From: Bdellovibrionota bacterium
GTDB taxonomy: Bacteria > Bdellovibrionota > UBA1018 > UBA923
DNA length: 36,215 nucleotides
NCBI GenBank assembly: GCA_040754655.1
Contig: JBFMCE010000040.1
Coordinates: forward strand, 1 to 36,215
Direction: 5' to 3'
Shown here: piece after piece, positions 25,409 through 33,900 of the stretch
Layout: each line of letters starts with the position of its first letter
Position numbering within the stretch: position 1 is the stretch's first letter
Program-made: the position numbers and the translations under genes
The notes under the pieces: model-generated
What the model saw: only the letters and a program-made list of their open reading frames with translations
What the model was told of the DNA's origin: nothing
Databases searched by the model: none

Positions 25409-27532
25409 TTATTGAGGGCCTAGAGTTTTTCCCTGGCTTTTTCTTTTGTTTTCATGGCGAGCGGGATTGAGTGACTCGAGCATTTTCTCTCGTATTTCAG
25501 CAGACGGCATCAAGTGAGCAGCCGGGTCTAACGAGGCTTCTAACTCTTCTTGGTCTGGCTCGGGCGGCATAGAACCATCACTCAGCACTTGCTCGACAGT
25601 GAGTTCGCCCTTGAGAGGCCTGCCTCGTTTATCGCGGTTGTACTGATCTAGTTTTCTCGGATCATCGAGATGTTCCAGAGGATAAACCGATTTCTCAAGG
25701 TCTCCGTGGCATCTGCTGCAATAGGTTACAAATGGGAGCTTGTCTTCTCGAAGCGGATTCGCCTCTTTCTGAGCGACCCTGCACTGCAAATGTTCGGCGG
25801 CAGCAGATGTCGCAGTAGCAACATCGATGGCACTCATCAGAGTTTGTGGCTCCGAAAGCCCCCCACTTTGCAGCTCCCGGTCAAAAACGCTGGCAGTTGC
25901 GCTCTGGTTTTTCTTCAAAATGGCGATGGTTTCGTCAACGCTTGGAGGCCAAACTGCGAGCAGTTCGTCGATCTTTTCCGGCAGGCATCGATTGGCTTCA
26001 ATCGCATCGCGCTCTTCTTGCGTGAGGAAGTCAAATTCAGAATCCAAAAACCTAGAGTCAAAACCAATACTATGCCCTACGTTCATGCAAACCGTGGCCT
26101 TTTCAAAAAGATAGTTACCCGCTTCGCCAACTGGTATCGCTTCTACAAAATCACGTTTTGTCCTAGGGTCTGCCATTGAACCTCGCGTTGCAGCGAACTT
26201 TTCCTCCCGTTCATCTTCAAATCCTACATGAATCTCGCTTGTCCTTTCGTCATAGGTCATCTCTTTTTTCCCAGATCGAGCGAACTTCTCTAGGACATTT
26301 CGAAATGGGACAATCTTTTCTCTAGCTGCTCTTTCTTCCAATTCTTTGAGCGCTTTCCCGGGAGCGTCCAAGAAAACCCGCGTAGCCGTTCCTTCACCTG
26401 GTTTTCCGCTTAGCGGATCGCGATCAAGAATGACTGAAGACCGGTAAGCAAAGCCATCTTTCGGCCAAGTGGCTTCGGCCCATTTCTGAAGCTTAGATTT
26501 AATTTGATCGAACTCCCGCCAGGATTTGCAGCTCAAGGCGATTTCTAAAAGTTCTCTTTTACACTCGACATTGTTTTTGCACACATGGCGACAGACCCTG
26601 TGAGCCTGAGCATGTCGATTGGCCGCACGAACGTGCTTATCAAAGAAAAGCTGATCGACGATGCTCAACCGATCAAGACGTATGCCGTGGTAGTTGACAT
26701 CGCCCTTTCGAGCGGCAAGAACCTGCTTCATAAGTTCTGCGCGTTTCGAACGATTAAAGGTCTTTCTTTGCCCAGGACCATCAAACGCGAGCGACTCACT
26801 CCAAGGCTTTCGAGGATAGACGGGTGCCTTTGACTGATGGCATTCCAAGCAATCATCAAGAGCCGGCACCGGGGCAAGGCTTTCACGATTTGCGGGCGTT
26901 TGAATTGCAGAGTAATTATTGATGATCTCAAAGTCCCACTCACCTGATTTCTGGTTAAAACTGTTCACTTCAACTTGATTTGCTTGAGGCGCGTAACCAA
27001 GAAACACATAATCGCGGACTGAATCGGGATTTTCGCTAAGCCCAGAAGCATTGGCAGTTAGAAGTTGAGCAATTCGAGGTTCTTTGAGGTTCGCTTTTTT
27101 TTCCTGCCCAGAGCGCCCCAGAGGGATAACGACCGCTGATCTACTACACATCAAAAGCCCGGCCTTTTGAGATTCAAATGGGGCATCTTTGAAATACTCA
27201 GGACGTTGGACCAAAGTCTCTTCCAATCGCTTTATCGAGAGATTTACCGAAGATCCCGGTCTCCGACTCAGAGTCGCACGGGTGCGCTCACATGCACCCA
27301 CAAAGTCTTTAAAGGGAAACGGGACCCTTCCGTAGTTATTACGGATCAATCGCTCGAAACCATTTTTGGGAAAAGGTAGGCTTTCAACGGGGAGTGATTG
27401 GAAAACGGGTGCAAGTGGTGAGAAAACGGGGGTGCCCTCGTCTGCTACGGCGAGGCTCAAAAAGCAGTTCGTGAAAATCACGCAAAGACAGGCAAATCTC
27501 TGAACCCTTGAGGGTAGGTCGCAAGTAAACAA
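25409..27532 (-). CDS. Large exported di-heme c-type cytochrome of unknown function (probable TTG start at 27532)
   Basis: CLECH (26837-26851) and CSRCH (25706-25720) with a downstream MPP; signal peptide ending AVA; start reassigned downstream of the sigma-54 promoter. Confidence 0.7.
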   Translation of the reverse strand: MFTCDLPSRVQRFACLCVIFTNCFLSLAVADEGTPVFSPLAPVFQSLPVESLPFPKNGFERLIRNNYGRVPFPFKDFVGACERTRATLSRRPGSSVNLSIKRLEETLVQRPEYFKDAPFESQKAGLLMCSRSAVVIPLGRSGQEKKANLKEPRIAQLLTANASGLSENPDSVRDYVFLGYAPQANQVEVNSFNQKSGEWDFEIINNYSAIQTPANRESLAPVPALDDCLECHQSKAPVYPRKPWSESLAFDGPGQRKTFNRSKRAELMKQVLAARKGDVNYHGIRLDRLSIVDQLFFDKHVRAANRHAQAHRVCRHVCKNNVECKRELLEIALSCKSWREFDQIKSKLQKWAEATWPKDGFAYRSSVILDRDPLSGKPGEGTATRVFLDAPGKALKELEERAAREKIVPFRNVLEKFARSGKKEMTYDERTSEIHVGFEDEREEKFAATRGSMADPRTKRDFVEAIPVGEAGNYLFEKATVCMNVGHSIGFDSRFLDSEFDFLTQEERDAIEANRCLPEKIDELLAVWPPSVDETIAILKKNQSATASVFDRELQSGGLSEPQTLMSAIDVATATSAAAEHLQCRVAQKEANPLREDKLPFVTYCSRCHGDLEKSVYPLEHLDDPRKLDQYNRDKRGRPLKGELTVEQVLSDGSMPPEPDQEELEASLDPAAHLMPSAEIREKMLESLNPARHENKRKSQGKTLGPQ

Positions 27533-27565
27533 GGTTTTTCTTCTTCTCTCTTGCTCTATAAGAGA

Positions 27566-27581
27566 AGCAAGCGGCGTACCA
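27566..27581 (-). promoter_or_regulatory. Sigma-54 promoter of the cytochrome gene
   Basis: Minus strand reads TGGTACGCCGCTTGCT. Confidence 0.8.
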
Positions 27582-27605
27582 ATCCCTCTAAATAAAGCCA
27601 TTTAA

Positions 27606-27618
27606 AATCAAATACTTA
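27606..27618 (+). promoter_or_regulatory. IHF site upstream of the sigma-54 promoter
   Basis: AATCAAATACTTA matches WATCAANNNNTTR, within the AT-rich dyad AAAATCAA-N7-TTGATTTT. Confidence 0.65.
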
Positions 27619-27843
27619 TTGATTTTATAAAGCTGAAAACGAGCCCATTTTGAGAGCTTTCTAACACCTGTAAAAGGGTTAAACGGCGTTTACATGAGTT
27701 ACTGAATTAAATGGATCCTGTGAATGCACCTCCCTAGCGCGGAACGATCCAGCAAACACCAGAAAATGGAAATTCCCCAAAATTGCGCTACCATAGAACA
27801 AGACATCCGTTTGTTACCCCTTACCCCAGGGACCGAAGAAACC

Positions 27844-28974
27844 ATGAAAATCTCAGTCACGGCAAAACTCGAAAATTCGCAACTGCTCTCTGACCGCACT
27901 TTATGGATCGCCATCTTCGCCCTACTCGCTGCAGGGCTTGTCATGGTCTACAGCTCAAGCTTCATCTTCGCCCTTGAACGTTACAAAGATGGGCTCTACT
28001 TCTTCAAACGACACCTTATCTTTGGCTCAATCGGCGTGGGCGCTTTTATTATCGGCTTAAAAATCCCGCTAAAAAAGCTCCAACAACTGAGTTTTGCTTT
28101 TGTCGCCGCGACCGCAGTCTTACTCGTCTGCGCACTAATACCAGGTCTTTCGCACCGTGCCGGGGGCGCCAGTCGATGGATCAATCTGTTTGGCTTCACC
28201 CTGCAACCAGCCGAAATCGCCAAATTCGCGGTGATTTTGTTTGTCGCAAACCAACTCGCAAAAAAGTCAGAAACCCAGGCAAATTTCACCACGGGTTTTC
28301 TCACCTACTTCATTCCGGTCATTCCGATCTACCTCTTGCTTTTGACTCAACCTGATTTCGGTACTTTCGCGCTGCTCATTTGCGCGACCTTTTGCATGCT
28401 CTTCGGAGCGGGCATCAAGCTTCGCTATCTACTCACGACCGTCGCATTGGCTGTGCCACTGGCGGTTGCGCTCATTTTCACAAGCCCTTACCGAAAAGCG
28501 AGAGTCCTAGGATTCTTAGATCCTTGGTCGGATCCCGCGCACAAAGGGTTTCAAGTGATTCAAAGCTTTCTTGCCTTCTATTCCGGCAAGTGGCTTGGCG
28601 TAGGGCTTGGCAACTCAAAGGAAAAACTCTTCTACCTGCCTGAAGCCCACAACGACTTCATCTTCGCCGTTGTTGGCGAGGAGTTGGGCCTTTTTGGGGT
28701 TCTCTTCTTCGTCAGCCTGTTTTTGATCGTGGTAATGCGCGGTCTTACCGTAGCCAAAAAAGCCCAAGATACTTTTCAAAGAAGCCTTGCCATCGGCATC
28801 TCAACCCTCATCGGGCTTCAAGCTTTCTTCAACATGGCCGTCGTACTTGGTCTCTTGCCGACCAAGGGTTTACCGCTTCCTCTCATCTCTTATGGCGGCA
28901 CTTCCCTCATCACGACATTGTTCATCTTAGGCGTGCTCACCCAGCTCTCTGAAAGATCGGAGCAATCGGCGTGA
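27844..28974 (+). CDS. ftsW: Cell division SEDS glycosyltransferase FtsW
   Basis: GLVMVYSSS, GASRWI, QPAEIAK, QPDFGT, LPEAHNDFIF and PLISYGGTS motifs; ATG at 27844 is the most plausible start. Confidence 0.95.
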   Translation: MKISVTAKLENSQLLSDRTLWIAIFALLAAGLVMVYSSSFIFALERYKDGLYFFKRHLIFGSIGVGAFIIGLKIPLKKLQQLSFAFVAATAVLLVCALIPGLSHRAGGASRWINLFGFTLQPAEIAKFAVILFVANQLAKKSETQANFTTGFLTYFIPVIPIYLLLLTQPDFGTFALLICATFCMLFGAGIKLRYLLTTVALAVPLAVALIFTSPYRKARVLGFLDPWSDPAHKGFQVIQSFLAFYSGKWLGVGLGNSKEKLFYLPEAHNDFIFAVVGEELGLFGVLFFVSLFLIVVMRGLTVAKKAQDTFQRSLAIGISTLIGLQAFFNMAVVLGLLPTKGLPLPLISYGGTSLITTLFILGVLTQLSERSEQSA

Positions 28975-30044
28975 AACTCGTCATCACAGGCGGAGGAACG
29001 GGCGGCCATATCTTCGCGGGCGTGGCCATCGCGCAAGAGTTCCTTTCGCAAAGCAAGGCGAATGAGGTTCTGTTCGTGGGTTCCGAATACGGCCTCGAGA
29101 CAAGGCTCGTTCCTAAAGCTGGGTTTCGCCTTGAAACGCTCAAGCTAGGGAAACTCGTCGGCCAGACGTTTTTCACGCGCATCGCGACGCTCATCCAACT
29201 TCCGATCGCGATCCTCAAATCGATGAAAATCCTGAAATCGTTCAAAGCCGATATGGTCGTGGGCGTTGGCGGATATGCCGCGGGCCCGTGCATCGTCGCG
29301 GCAAAGCTCCTTAAAATCCCCACCGGCGTGCTCGAACAAAACTCAGTGATGGGATTTACGAACCGCATTTGCGCATCGCTTGCCCAACATGTTTTCATCG
29401 CATTCAATGAAACGCCTCTCGGCGCTCCCGCCCGGAAATGCACATTCACCGGGAACCCGGTGCGAAGCCAGCTTCGTCCGTCTCCCACGAAATCAGCCAA
29501 GCCTCTGGTTGTCTTCGCCTTCGGCGGCTCACAAGGCGCCACTGGAATCAACAAACTCATGACCGAGGCCGCAAAAGAGTGGCTCCCGCACAAAGAATCG
29601 ATTCGCATCATCCACCAGACAGGAGAGCGCGACTTCGACGAAGTGAAACGTCAATATGAACAGATCGGCTATCCCGCGGAAGTGCACCGGTTCATCGACG
29701 ACATGCAGGCGATGTACGACAAGGCTTCCATCATCGTTTGCCGTGCCGGAAGCGGCACGATTTCAGAGCTCGGTGCCACCAAGAACGCCGCCATTTTCAT
29801 TCCTTTTCCGTTGGCGGCCGCGAACCACCAAGAGATCAATGCCCGCATCCTCGAACGCGCAGGAGCGGCCAAAGTGCTCTTGCAAAGCCAGAGCACAGGC
29901 AAAGACCTCGCCCACGCCGTTCAAGCGATCTTCGATGAACCAGCGCAACTCGAGAAAATGCGCCAGGCGATGGCTGCCTTCTACCGCCCCGATGCTGCGC
30001 GAAACATCGTGGAGCTCATGAAGATTCGAGCCCTCAAAAACTAG
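28971..30044 (+). CDS. murG: Lipid II GlcNAc transferase
   Basis: GGGTGGH, GGY, EQN, GNPVR, GGSQGA and RAG motifs. Confidence 0.97.
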   Translation: MKLVITGGGTGGHIFAGVAIAQEFLSQSKANEVLFVGSEYGLETRLVPKAGFRLETLKLGKLVGQTFFTRIATLIQLPIAILKSMKILKSFKADMVVGVGGYAAGPCIVAAKLLKIPTGVLEQNSVMGFTNRICASLAQHVFIAFNETPLGAPARKCTFTGNPVRSQLRPSPTKSAKPLVVFAFGGSQGATGINKLMTEAAKEWLPHKESIRIIHQTGERDFDEVKRQYEQIGYPAEVHRFIDDMQAMYDKASIIVCRAGSGTISELGATKNAAIFIPFPLAAANHQEINARILERAGAAKVLLQSQSTGKDLAHAVQAIFDEPAQLEKMRQAMAAFYRPDAARNIVELMKIRALKN

Positions 30045-30107
30045 ATCGCGGATCAAAGTGCAAACCTTTGCTTTCTCGCGACTCAAAATTCAGGTAAAAC
30101 CAGGCCC

Positions 30108-31481
30108 ATGTATAAAAGAACCAAAGATCCGGTGCATTTCGTGGGTATTGGCGGCATCGGCATGAGTGGCATCGCTGAGATCTTGGTGCGCCAAGGATTC
30201 CCGGTCTCGGGCTCAGACCTTTCGGCGTCGGAAACGACCAGAAACCTTGAAAGCCTGGGAGCTAAAGTCCACATCGGCCACGGCGCTGAAAACCTCGCGG
30301 GAGCGAAAGTGTTGGTCGTCTCATCGGCGATCCAAAAAAACAATCCAGAGCTTCTTGAAGCTCAACGCCAGCAGATTCCCGTCGTTCAACGCGCAGAGAT
30401 GCTCGCTGAGGTGATGCGGCTCAAGTTCGGCGTAGCCGTAGCCGGAACACACGGTAAAACAACGACTACTAGCATGCTCGCCTCAATTCTTGCCCACGCG
30501 GAACTCGACCCCACGATCATCGTTGGCGGAAAAATAAACGCCTTGGGCAGCAACGCCAAACTTGGCCAGGGCCAGTTCATCGTCGCCGAAGCGGATGAGA
30601 GCGATGGCTCTTTCTTGCACCTGTCTCCGGTCGTCACAGTGATCACTAATATCGACAACGACCATCTCGACTATTATGGTAAAATGGAAAAATTGCGAGC
30701 TGCTTTCGTGGAGTTTGCGAATAAAATTCCGTATTACGGCCGTAGCATCCTCTGCATCGACGACGCCGAACTCGCAAAAACCTTGCCTCTTGTCATGAAA
30801 CCTCACTGGACCTACGGCTTTTCAGAACACGCTGATTTTAGGATCACGGATTTCAAGCCCACCGAACGCGGCTGCTCGTTCGCAGTTCAAAAACAAGGCG
30901 ACCTCGTTGGAACAATCCATTTGCAAGTTCCTGGCAGGCACAATGCCTTAAACGCGGTCGGAGCTCTCGCCGCCGCTTTGGAACTGGACGTCGCGCCAAC
31001 ACAAGCCATCAAAGGAATCGAGGCTTTCGCGGGAGTGAGGCGCAGGTTCGAGTTCAAAGGAGAACTCCTTCCGCAGGGAGTTCGCATCATTGATGACTAC
31101 GGACACCATCCAACTGAAATCAAAGCCACCTTGGCCGCGGCCAAATCGCAATGCAAAGGCCGGCTCATCGTAGCCTTTCAACCTCATCGGTTCACGCGCA
31201 CCCAGATTTGCTGGGGCCAGTTCACCGATGCCTTCCAACAAGCGGACAAAGTCTACTTATCAGACATTTATGCCGCCGGAGAGCCGCCCATCGAGGAAGT
31301 CACCTCAGAGGCTCTGGCCGAGACGATACCCAACTGCCGCTATTCCGGAGACCTTGACCAAACGTGTGAACTGCTTCAGAAGGATCTCTGCCAAGGGGAT
31401 CTTTTGCTCACCCTTGGGGCGGGCAGCATCACCCAGCTCTCGTCGATGCTGCTCGACGCTCAAAACGCGGATGGTTCATGA
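30108..31481 (+). CDS. murC: UDP-MurNAc--L-alanine ligase
   Basis: GIGGIGMSG, GTHGKTTT, EADESDGSF, DDYGHHPTE and FQPHR motifs. Confidence 0.97.
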   Translation: MYKRTKDPVHFVGIGGIGMSGIAEILVRQGFPVSGSDLSASETTRNLESLGAKVHIGHGAENLAGAKVLVVSSAIQKNNPELLEAQRQQIPVVQRAEMLAEVMRLKFGVAVAGTHGKTTTTSMLASILAHAELDPTIIVGGKINALGSNAKLGQGQFIVAEADESDGSFLHLSPVVTVITNIDNDHLDYYGKMEKLRAAFVEFANKIPYYGRSILCIDDAELAKTLPLVMKPHWTYGFSEHADFRITDFKPTERGCSFAVQKQGDLVGTIHLQVPGRHNALNAVGALAAALELDVAPTQAIKGIEAFAGVRRRFEFKGELLPQGVRIIDDYGHHPTEIKATLAAAKSQCKGRLIVAFQPHRFTRTQICWGQFTDAFQQADKVYLSDIYAAGEPPIEEVTSEALAETIPNCRYSGDLDQTCELLQKDLCQGDLLLTLGAGSITQLSSMLLDAQNADGS

Positions 31482-32392
31482 AACTTGAAGAGAACGTAAA
31501 ACTTGCGCCGTTCACCTATTATAAGATTGGCGGCCACGCGCGCTACTTCGTCCAACCAGAATCGGTTCAGCAGCTGGAAGAGATCTCGAGATTCCTGAAT
31601 TCCACCAAAAATCCGTATTTCATACTTGGAGCCGGATCAAACGTGCTCTTTGACGACGATGGGTTTGAAGGTCTGATCATCCAAACCTCAAAATTGAACC
31701 GAACGCTTGAGCATCCCTCCCCGTCTTGCATCAAGGCAGGCTCAGCGACTCAAGTGATTCAACTTCTGAGGCTTTGCATGAACGAAGGCATTTCTGGTTT
31801 CGAATTCCTGGTGGGCATTCCTGGCAACGTCGGAGGAGCGCTCTACATGAACGCCGGCACCAAACTTGGCGAGGTCAAAGACGTGCTCCAAGAGATCACG
31901 ACATTTGACCTTCTAAGCGGCGAAGAACGGAAATACGATCGCCAGCAGATTCGTTATGAGTATCGCTCTCAACATTTTCTAAGCGCGCATGAGATCATCA
32001 CCGGTGGAACTTTCACGTGCGCTCAGTCTACGCCGGAACGGGTTCAAGCTGAAATCCAGGCGCTGCTTGCCTTGCGCAAGAAGAGCCAACCCATCGACAA
32101 GCCAAGCTGCGGGAGCGTTTTCAAGAACCCGGATCCCGCCAAAGGCTTGCACGCCTGGAAACTCATCGCGGACACTGGCCTTAGGGGCCACCGCATCGGT
32201 GCGGCTCAAATCAGCGAGCTTCACACAAATTTCATCATCAACCTTGGCGGCGCCAAAGCAAAAGACGTGCTTGGGTTGATTTCCCTGGCGAAAAACAAAG
32301 TTAAAGACGCCTTTGGGATTTCACTGGAAGAAGAAGTCAGGATCATTCCTCGTACCGGAGCGAACACGCTTCAAGGAGATAAACACTCATGA
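31478..32392 (+). CDS. murB: UDP-N-acetylenolpyruvoylglucosamine reductase
   Basis: KIGG, GAGSN, GIPGNVGGALYMNAG, GSVFKNP and HTNFIIN motifs. Confidence 0.95.
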   Translation: MKLEENVKLAPFTYYKIGGHARYFVQPESVQQLEEISRFLNSTKNPYFILGAGSNVLFDDDGFEGLIIQTSKLNRTLEHPSPSCIKAGSATQVIQLLRLCMNEGISGFEFLVGIPGNVGGALYMNAGTKLGEVKDVLQEITTFDLLSGEERKYDRQQIRYEYRSQHFLSAHEIITGGTFTCAQSTPERVQAEIQALLALRKKSQPIDKPSCGSVFKNPDPAKGLHAWKLIADTGLRGHRIGAAQISELHTNFIINLGGAKAKDVLGLISLAKNKVKDAFGISLEEEVRIIPRTGANTLQGDKHS

Positions 32393-33156
32393 AAAAAGCA
32401 CTGATCACCGGAGCAAGCGAAGGCATCGGAAGGGTACTCACTCAATCACTCGCGAAAGAAGGCTACAGCATCACCGCGATCGCGCGAAATGAGCCGCGAC
32501 TCAAAGAGCTTCTTGCAAGCCTCGTGAACGAGAAAGAACACCGCTGCTTAAAGGCTGACCTTTCAAAACCGGAAGGCGTCGAATCAGTCAGCCGCGAGCT
32601 TGACGACACCCATTATGATCTCCTCGTCAACAACGCTGGCTTCGGAGCATTTGGGAAATTCCACGAAATGCCTTTTGAACGCATCCAAGAAATGAGCAGG
32701 GTGAATTGCGATGCTCTTGCGAAACTTAGCTATGCCTTCCTCAAGAAATCCCAAAAAGGCGATGCGCTGCTTAACGTAGCATCCACGGCTAGCTTTCATG
32801 GTCTACCGCTCAACGCGTTCTACGCGGCGACCAAGGCCTTTGTCTTGTCGCTGACCGAGGCCCTTTGGTATGAACAAAAAGAACGAGGCGTTTATGTCTT
32901 CGCACTCTGCCCTGGTTATACGCTGACGGAATTCGTAAAACGAGCAGGCGCAGAAGACCGAGACAACTTTCGCAAATTTGCCCAGACCCCAGAAGAAGTC
33001 GCACAGGTCGCGCTTGCGGCCCTTCGAACAAGACAAAAACCGTTTGTGATTTCAGGTTTTCAAAACAGCGCGCTGGCCAAAATTCAAAAACTTATTCCAC
33101 GCCATACAAGCGTAAAGCTTGCAGCAGCTACTTACGAGAGGTTCTTGAACCGCTAA
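32389..33156 (+). CDS. Short-chain dehydrogenase/reductase
   Basis: TGASEGIG, NNAG and YAATK motifs; ATGA overlap with murB. Confidence 0.9.
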   Translation: MKKALITGASEGIGRVLTQSLAKEGYSITAIARNEPRLKELLASLVNEKEHRCLKADLSKPEGVESVSRELDDTHYDLLVNNAGFGAFGKFHEMPFERIQEMSRVNCDALAKLSYAFLKKSQKGDALLNVASTASFHGLPLNAFYAATKAFVLSLTEALWYEQKERGVYVFALCPGYTLTEFVKRAGAEDRDNFRKFAQTPEEVAQVALAALRTRQKPFVISGFQNSALAKIQKLIPRHTSVKLAAATYERFLNR

Positions 33157-33752
33157 AACCGTTGCAACGGGTTTTCAGCCATAGGACTCAACAGCGCTTG
33201 TGTTTGGAGAAGCGCAAAGACCACGTAGATCACGCCAAAGAACAAAAGCGTGTTTTGCAAGCTTATGGGATAGGTTTTTTGCACACCCCGCACAACAAAA
33301 AAACCATAAATCAAAAGGGAGATGATCCTTCCCCAAGGATGCACTGAGAGGAATCCCAACAACGGAAAAACTGACATGACCCTGAGCATCAACTTGAACG
33401 CAACTGTCCACGGTTTGGGAACCTTATTCACATGCGAACCCAAGAACAGCAGTGTTGACGTCAAAAATCCGCTGATCACGGCTTGAAGTGGAGCACCAAA
33501 GAGATCTGCCATCACTTTCCAGCGCGGTTCCACCGAAACCATCGCGACCACCGCTGCCGGAATAATGCTCAAGACGACGAGAAACCCAGCATAAAATTTA
33601 TCCAGCTCCGTAGGTTCACCCGCAAAATCGCGTTCCCACCTCCGTCCTCGTCCCTGCGCTAGAGGATCAGTTAAAATTCCTCCAAACATTTCTTTAAGGT
33701 CTGTTTTCCAACGTGCCACACAGCGAGTTATAATATTGTTATCTTTAATCAT
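33153..33752 (-). CDS. Hypothetical integral membrane protein (about 5 TM, possibly Yip1-like; start uncertain)
   Basis: Several hydrophobic segments; fills the gap between the SDR and the permease. Confidence 0.6.
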   Translation of the reverse strand: MIKDNNIITRCVARWKTDLKEMFGGILTDPLAQGRGRRWERDFAGEPTELDKFYAGFLVVLSIIPAAVVAMVSVEPRWKVMADLFGAPLQAVISGFLTSTLLFLGSHVNKVPKPWTVAFKLMLRVMSVFPLLGFLSVHPWGRIISLLIYGFFVVRGVQKTYPISLQNTLLFFGVIYVVFALLQTQALLSPMAENPLQRF

Positions 33753-33900
33753 TCTGCTTTAAGTGTTGCTCGGTCTGAGCTTTTCTGTCAACATCTGATC
33801 CGACGTATTTCTACGCCTCTAAACTATACTTTGAAACTTGCTGGGGTCTGAGACTGGGTGTATTCCCCACAGAGAGAAACTCACATCGAGGGAACCGCAT

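Noticed and set aside
16552..32224. Many 60-225 aa ORFs antisense to or overlapping dcw genes
   Set aside because: Shadow frames of well-supported genes, with no motifs or SDs.
33753..33900. c-di-AMP (ydaO) riboswitch before the KimA-like gene
   Set aside because: Region is short and lacks recognisable ydaO consensus elements.
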